Shown here: positions 60,483 to 64,000 of the stretch, in pieces | How the letters are laid out: the number at the start of each line of letters is the position of its first letter | Position numbering within the stretch: the stretch's first letter is position 1 | Assembly: GCA_963779415.1 (NCBI GenBank) | Contig: CAVZYA010000001.1 | Location: 1,824,001 to 1,888,000, forward strand | Length of the DNA stretch: 64,000 nt | Origin: an uncultured Acidobacteriota bacterium | GTDB taxonomy: Bacteria; Acidobacteriota; Thermoanaerobaculia; UBA5066 | Direction of reading: 5' to 3' | Notes under the pieces: generated by a model | What the model was told of the DNA's origin: nothing | The model's database searches: none | What the model saw: only the letters and a program-made list of their open reading frames with translations | Program-made: the position numbers and the translations under genes

Positions 60483-61268
60483 ATGAAAGTCGTTCTCTTC
60501 TGCGGCGGCCTCGGCATGAGGCTGAAAGAGTTCTCGGAGAGCATTCCGAAGCCTCTCGTCACGATCGGCCTCCGGCCCCTCCTCTGGCACGTCATGAAGT
60601 ACTACGCCCATTTCGGGCACAAGGACTTCATCCTCTGCCTCGGATACCGGGCCGACCTGATCAAGGACTATTTCCTCAAGTACGACGAGTGCCTGTCGAA
60701 CGACTTCATCCTGTCGGGCGACGGCGGCGGCGTCCAGCTCCTCGACCGCGACATCCATGACTGGAAGATCACCTTCGTCGACACCGGCCTGAATTCGAAC
60801 GTCGCCCAGCGTCTCAAAGCCGTCGAAAAACATCTCGCCGGCGAAGAGGTGTTTCTCGCGAACTACGCCGACGGGCTTACCGACTTCCCGCTTCCGCGGC
60901 TGATCGAGCAGTTCGCGAAGTCGGGCAGCGTGGCGAGCTTCCTCGGCGTCCGTCCAAGCCAGACCTTCCACGTCGTGACGATGGCGGACGACCACCGCGT
61001 CACCGCCATCCAGGACGTGACCCAGGCCGGCCTCTGGGTCAACGGAGGCTTCTTCGTGATGCGGCAGTCCATCTTCGACTACATCGGGCCCGGCGAGGAG
61101 CTGGTTCAGGAACCCTTCCAGAGGTTGATCAACGAAAGAAGGCTGACCGCTCACCGATACGACGGCTTTTTCGTCGCCATGGACACGTTCAAGGACAAGC
61201 AAATTCTCGACGAGCTGTACTCCCGGGGCGACGCGCCCTGGGAGGTCTGGAAGACGGCAGGAAAGTAG
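60483..61268 (+). CDS. rfbF: Glucose-1-phosphate cytidylyltransferase
   Basis: MKVVLFCGGLG.RL....PKP, H.MKYY..FGH.DF.LCLGY, W.ITFVDTG, Y.DG, NGGFF, MDT.KD, APW.VW; GAGGA RBS. Confidence 0.9.
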   Translation: MKVVLFCGGLGMRLKEFSESIPKPLVTIGLRPLLWHVMKYYAHFGHKDFILCLGYRADLIKDYFLKYDECLSNDFILSGDGGGVQLLDRDIHDWKITFVDTGLNSNVAQRLKAVEKHLAGEEVFLANYADGLTDFPLPRLIEQFAKSGSVASFLGVRPSQTFHVVTMADDHRVTAIQDVTQAGLWVNGGFFVMRQSIFDYIGPGEELVQEPFQRLINERRLTAHRYDGFFVAMDTFKDKQILDELYSRGDAPWEVWKTAGK

Positions 61269-61280
61269 TCGACGCACGAG

Positions 61281-61934
61281 ATGATGCCGTTCCAGTTCGC
61301 CCGGAGCCGCCGCGCCGCCCTTCGCATCCTCTGTCTCGGCGCCCACAGCGACGACATCGAGATCGGCTGCGGGGGTACGCTCTTGCGTCTCCTCGAGACG
61401 TACACGAACGTCACCTGCCGCTGGGTCGTCTTCACGGCGGAGGGGCCGCGGGCGCGGGAAGCTCGCGCAGGGGCCCGCCGGTTCCTGCGCGGGGCCGCCG
61501 AAGCAGCCGTGACGCTCCACACGTTCCGGAACGGCTACTTCCCGTCCCTGGCGGCCGACATCAAGACGGCCTTCGAGGAGCTGAAGAGGACCGTCTCGCC
61601 TGACCTCATCTTCACCAATTACCGCGGCGATCTTCACCAGGACCATCGGACGATCGCCGAGCTGACCTGGAACACGTTCCGGGATCACACGATCCTCGAG
61701 TACGAGGTTCCGAAGTACGACGGAGATCTCGGCGCACCCAACCTCTTCTTTCAGCTCGACGGCCGGACGGCCCGCCGGAAGGCCCGGCTTCTCATGCAGA
61801 CGTTCGGGACGCAGAGAGGGAAGGACTGGTTCACCGAAGACACGTTTCTGGCCCTCATGAGACTTCGCGGCATGGAGTGCCGCGCGCCGGGGCGCTTCGC
61901 CGAGGCCTTCTACTGTCGGAAGGCTGTCCTGTAA
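61281..61934 (+). CDS. PIG-L/LmbE-family deacetylase
   Basis: GAHSDDIEIGCGG and D.HQDH metal motifs, ILEYE.P, EAF. Confidence 0.9.
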   Translation: MMPFQFARSRRAALRILCLGAHSDDIEIGCGGTLLRLLETYTNVTCRWVVFTAEGPRAREARAGARRFLRGAAEAAVTLHTFRNGYFPSLAADIKTAFEELKRTVSPDLIFTNYRGDLHQDHRTIAELTWNTFRDHTILEYEVPKYDGDLGAPNLFFQLDGRTARRKARLLMQTFGTQRGKDWFTEDTFLALMRLRGMECRAPGRFAEAFYCRKAVL

Positions 61935-61951
61935 GAGGAACCGGACGCCTG

Positions 61952-62980
61952 ATGCGACCCGGCACTGCGGTCTCACGCATACTCGATCTCCGGGCCGGCG
62001 ACCTCGTCGAGGTTCGCAGCCGCGAGGAGATCCTCGCCACGCTGGACCCATACGCAAGGCTCGATGCCCTTCCCTTCATGCCGGAGATGTTCCAGTATTG
62101 CGGTAATCGCTACCGCGTCTTCAAGCGGGCCGACAAGACGTGCGACACCATCACCGATACCGGGACGCGCCGGCTCTTCAATACCGTCCATCTGGAAGGC
62201 CTTCGTTGTGACGGCCGGGCCCATGGCGGCTGCCAGGCTCTCTGCTTCCTCTTCTGGAAGGAAGCGTGGCTGAGGCGAGTTCCGCCGCACGCCCCTCTCC
62301 CGCCTTCGGAGGCGCCTCCGGCGGAACGATGCACGGAGGAAGCGGTTTTCGCAGCAACCCGTGTCCACGCCCGCGCGGGCGCGCTTTCCGAGGAGCGCTT
62401 CTCCTGTCAGGCCACGGAACTTCTCCGCGCGACCTCCCCTCTCGCCTGGTGGGACGTCCGCCAGTACGCAAGAGACGTCCGCTCCCGGAACATCCGGATG
62501 CGGGACCTCATGCGCGGCGTCGCCCTCGGAGTCTTCAACACCATCCAGCGGCGCCGCGGCGGCACGACTTATCCCTATGTGAAGGGTCCGCTCACCAGAA
62601 CCCCGGCCGCGACGCTCGACCTCCGTCCCGGCGAGGTCGTCCGCGTGAAGCCGCTTGCCGAGATCCGCAACACACTCGACACGCGCCGGCGTAATCGCGG
62701 CCTCAAGTTCGACGTCGAGATGGTCCGATACTGCGGAAGAACCCTCCGGGTCCTTGCGCGTGTCGAGCGCATCATCAACGACAGGACCGGGACGATGATC
62801 TCCCTGCCGAAAGACTGCATCGTTCTCGAAGGGGCGACGTGCCTCGGCCACCTCAGTGTCACCCCGAACCGCCTTTTCTGCCCTCGCAGCATCTATGCGT
62901 TCTGGCGCGAGATCTGGCTGGAGCGCGTCGATCCGCCAGAGCCCCCACGGGCATCGTCGTCATTCGGTGAGAACACGTGA
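61952..62980 (+). CDS. Conserved hypothetical protein with two tandem Cys-containing domains
   Basis: Internal repeat: LRAGDLVEVRS..EILATLD…F.PEM..YCG…V.LEG..C.G…C…FWKEAWLRRV versus LRPGEVVRVK…EI..TLD…F..EM..YCG…I.LEG..C.G…C…FWREIWLERV. Confidence 0.8.
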   Translation: MRPGTAVSRILDLRAGDLVEVRSREEILATLDPYARLDALPFMPEMFQYCGNRYRVFKRADKTCDTITDTGTRRLFNTVHLEGLRCDGRAHGGCQALCFLFWKEAWLRRVPPHAPLPPSEAPPAERCTEEAVFAATRVHARAGALSEERFSCQATELLRATSPLAWWDVRQYARDVRSRNIRMRDLMRGVALGVFNTIQRRRGGTTYPYVKGPLTRTPAATLDLRPGEVVRVKPLAEIRNTLDTRRRNRGLKFDVEMVRYCGRTLRVLARVERIINDRTGTMISLPKDCIVLEGATCLGHLSVTPNRLFCPRSIYAFWREIWLERVDPPEPPRASSSFGENT

Positions 62981-64000
62981 CCGCCGGCACCGAGCCGCTC
63001 CTCAGCGTCGTGACGCCCGTCTACAACGGCGAGCCCTACCTTCGCGAGTGCATCGAAAGCATCCTCGCCCAGACGTATCTCAACTGGGACTACACGATCG
63101 TCAACAATTGCAGTCAGGACCGTACGCGCGAGATCGCCGAAGAGTATGCAGCGCGCGATCCCCGGATACGGGTCCATAACAACCCGCACTTTGTCGGTCA
63201 AATCGCCAACTACAACATTGCCGTGCGCCGGATCTCACCCGACAGCAAGTACTGCAAGGTCGTTGCCGCCGACGACTGGCTCTTCCCCGAGTGCCTCTCA
63301 CGGATGGTGGAGGTTGCCGAGGAAAACCCCACGGTCGCCATCGTGGGCGCGTACGTCCTCAGCGAAACGACAGTCAGGCCGGAGGGACTCCCTTACCCAA
63401 GTACATGTGTCCCTGGTCGCGACATCTGTCGCCAACGCCTCCTGGGGGGCCCTTTCCGATTCGGCACTCCAACCGCCGTCCTCTACAGATCGGACGTTGT
63501 TCGGTCGGCCGATGCGTTCTTCAACGAGTTCAATCTCCACTCCGACATGGAGGTGTTTTTTCAGATCCTTCGAGATCACGATTTCGGCTTCGTTCATCAG
63601 GTACTGACCTTTAATCGGATTCGGGAGGGATCGGAAACCTCCAATTCCGAAAGGCTGAACACCGAGCTTCCCGGGATGCTGTATCACCTTCTCACGTACG
63701 GTCCGGTCTATCTGAGCCGGCAAGAGGCTGCCGAACGCGTTGCAATGCACTTGAAACGTTATTATGCGGTTCTGGCTGAAAGCGTCTTTCAGCGTCGCGA
63801 CCGCGAATTCTTGGCTTTTCACAAGGAGAAGTTTCGTGAGCTGGGGTGTCCCCTCAGCTATTCTCGCCTTGGTGGCGTCATGGTCCTGCGGCTCCTCGAC
63901 CTGCTTCTGAATCCCAAACGCGCCGTCGAGGCCCTGTGGCGTCACGGCGGGGGATATCTCAGAAAGAAGGGCGCTGAAACTGCGACCGGGATGCACGAAG
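62977..64000 (+). CDS. Glycosyltransferase family 2 (runs off the right edge)
   Basis: Manual translation from GTG 62977: …PLLSVVTPVYNGEPYLRECIESILAQTY…NNCSQDRT…AADD.L.P.CL…; GTGA overlap with the upstream stop; no stop seen in the window. Confidence 0.9.
   Translation, partial: MTAGTEPLLSVVTPVYNGEPYLRECIESILAQTYLNWDYTIVNNCSQDRTREIAEEYAARDPRIRVHNNPHFVGQIANYNIAVRRISPDSKYCKVVAADDWLFPECLSRMVEVAEENPTVAIVGAYVLSETTVRPEGLPYPSTCVPGRDICRQRLLGGPFRFGTPTAVLYRSDVVRSADAFFNEFNLHSDMEVFFQILRDHDFGFVHQVLTFNRIREGSETSNSERLNTELPGMLYHLLTYGPVYLSRQEAAERVAMHLKRYYAVLAESVFQRRDREFLAFHKEKFRELGCPLSYSRLGGVMVLRLLDLLLNPKRAVEALWRHGGGYLRKKGAETATGMHE

Noticed and set aside
630-63996. Numerous long antisense or alternate-frame ORFs in the track (e.g. 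1921-4104, 5354-7645, 24475-26448, 60468-62057, 63298-63996)
   Set aside because: They are shadow ORFs of well-supported genes, Arg/Pro/Gly-rich and motif-free, as expected from high GC and codon bias.
7447-64000. PEP-CTERM/exosortase-associated EPS system (AsnB-like, FemAB-like, deacetylase and barrel genes are typical companions)
   Set aside because: No exosortase or PEP-CTERM-tailed protein is recognisable in the window.
1-64000. CRISPR arrays, tRNA/rRNA genes, intact transposases or integrases
   Set aside because: No regularly spaced repeats, cloverleaf or rRNA-like segments, or complete recombinase ORFs were seen by eye.

Overview
High-GC bacterial window from a diderm (outer-membrane barrel present); an Acidobacteriota-like origin is only my impression. 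Positions 1-7.4 kb are housekeeping: psd, pip, an MscS-cNMP channel, an ABC permease, a saccharopine-dehydrogenase-like oxidoreductase and speA. From ~7.4 kb to the window end lies one very large surface-polysaccharide locus that runs off the right edge. It carries export/regulation genes (PHP phosphatase, short OPX/Wza, OM beta-barrel, Wzc, Wzm/Wzt, Wzy/WaaL-like protein, atypical LuxR regulator) and nucleotide-sugar enzymes (CapD/PglF-like, DegT, WecB, WbpA/WbpP-like). It also has about 11 GT2/GT4 transferases, three GT-C-like membrane proteins and many tailoring enzymes: CapK-like ligase, AsnB-like amide ligase, deacetylases, an ATP-grasp/GNAT/TPP operon, and a CDP-sugar cassette with C-methyltransferase, RmlC, DUF4910 and PIG-L plus a separately located class-III aminotransferase. 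A mosaic patch at 42.3-48.7 kb contains IS3 debris, a phage-like fragment and a secreted beta-propeller gene preceded by the remnant of its own paralog. Many genes carry single-base frameshifts, probably assembly errors. No rRNA, tRNA or CRISPR array was seen. All calls come from motif recognition by eye; no database searches were run.
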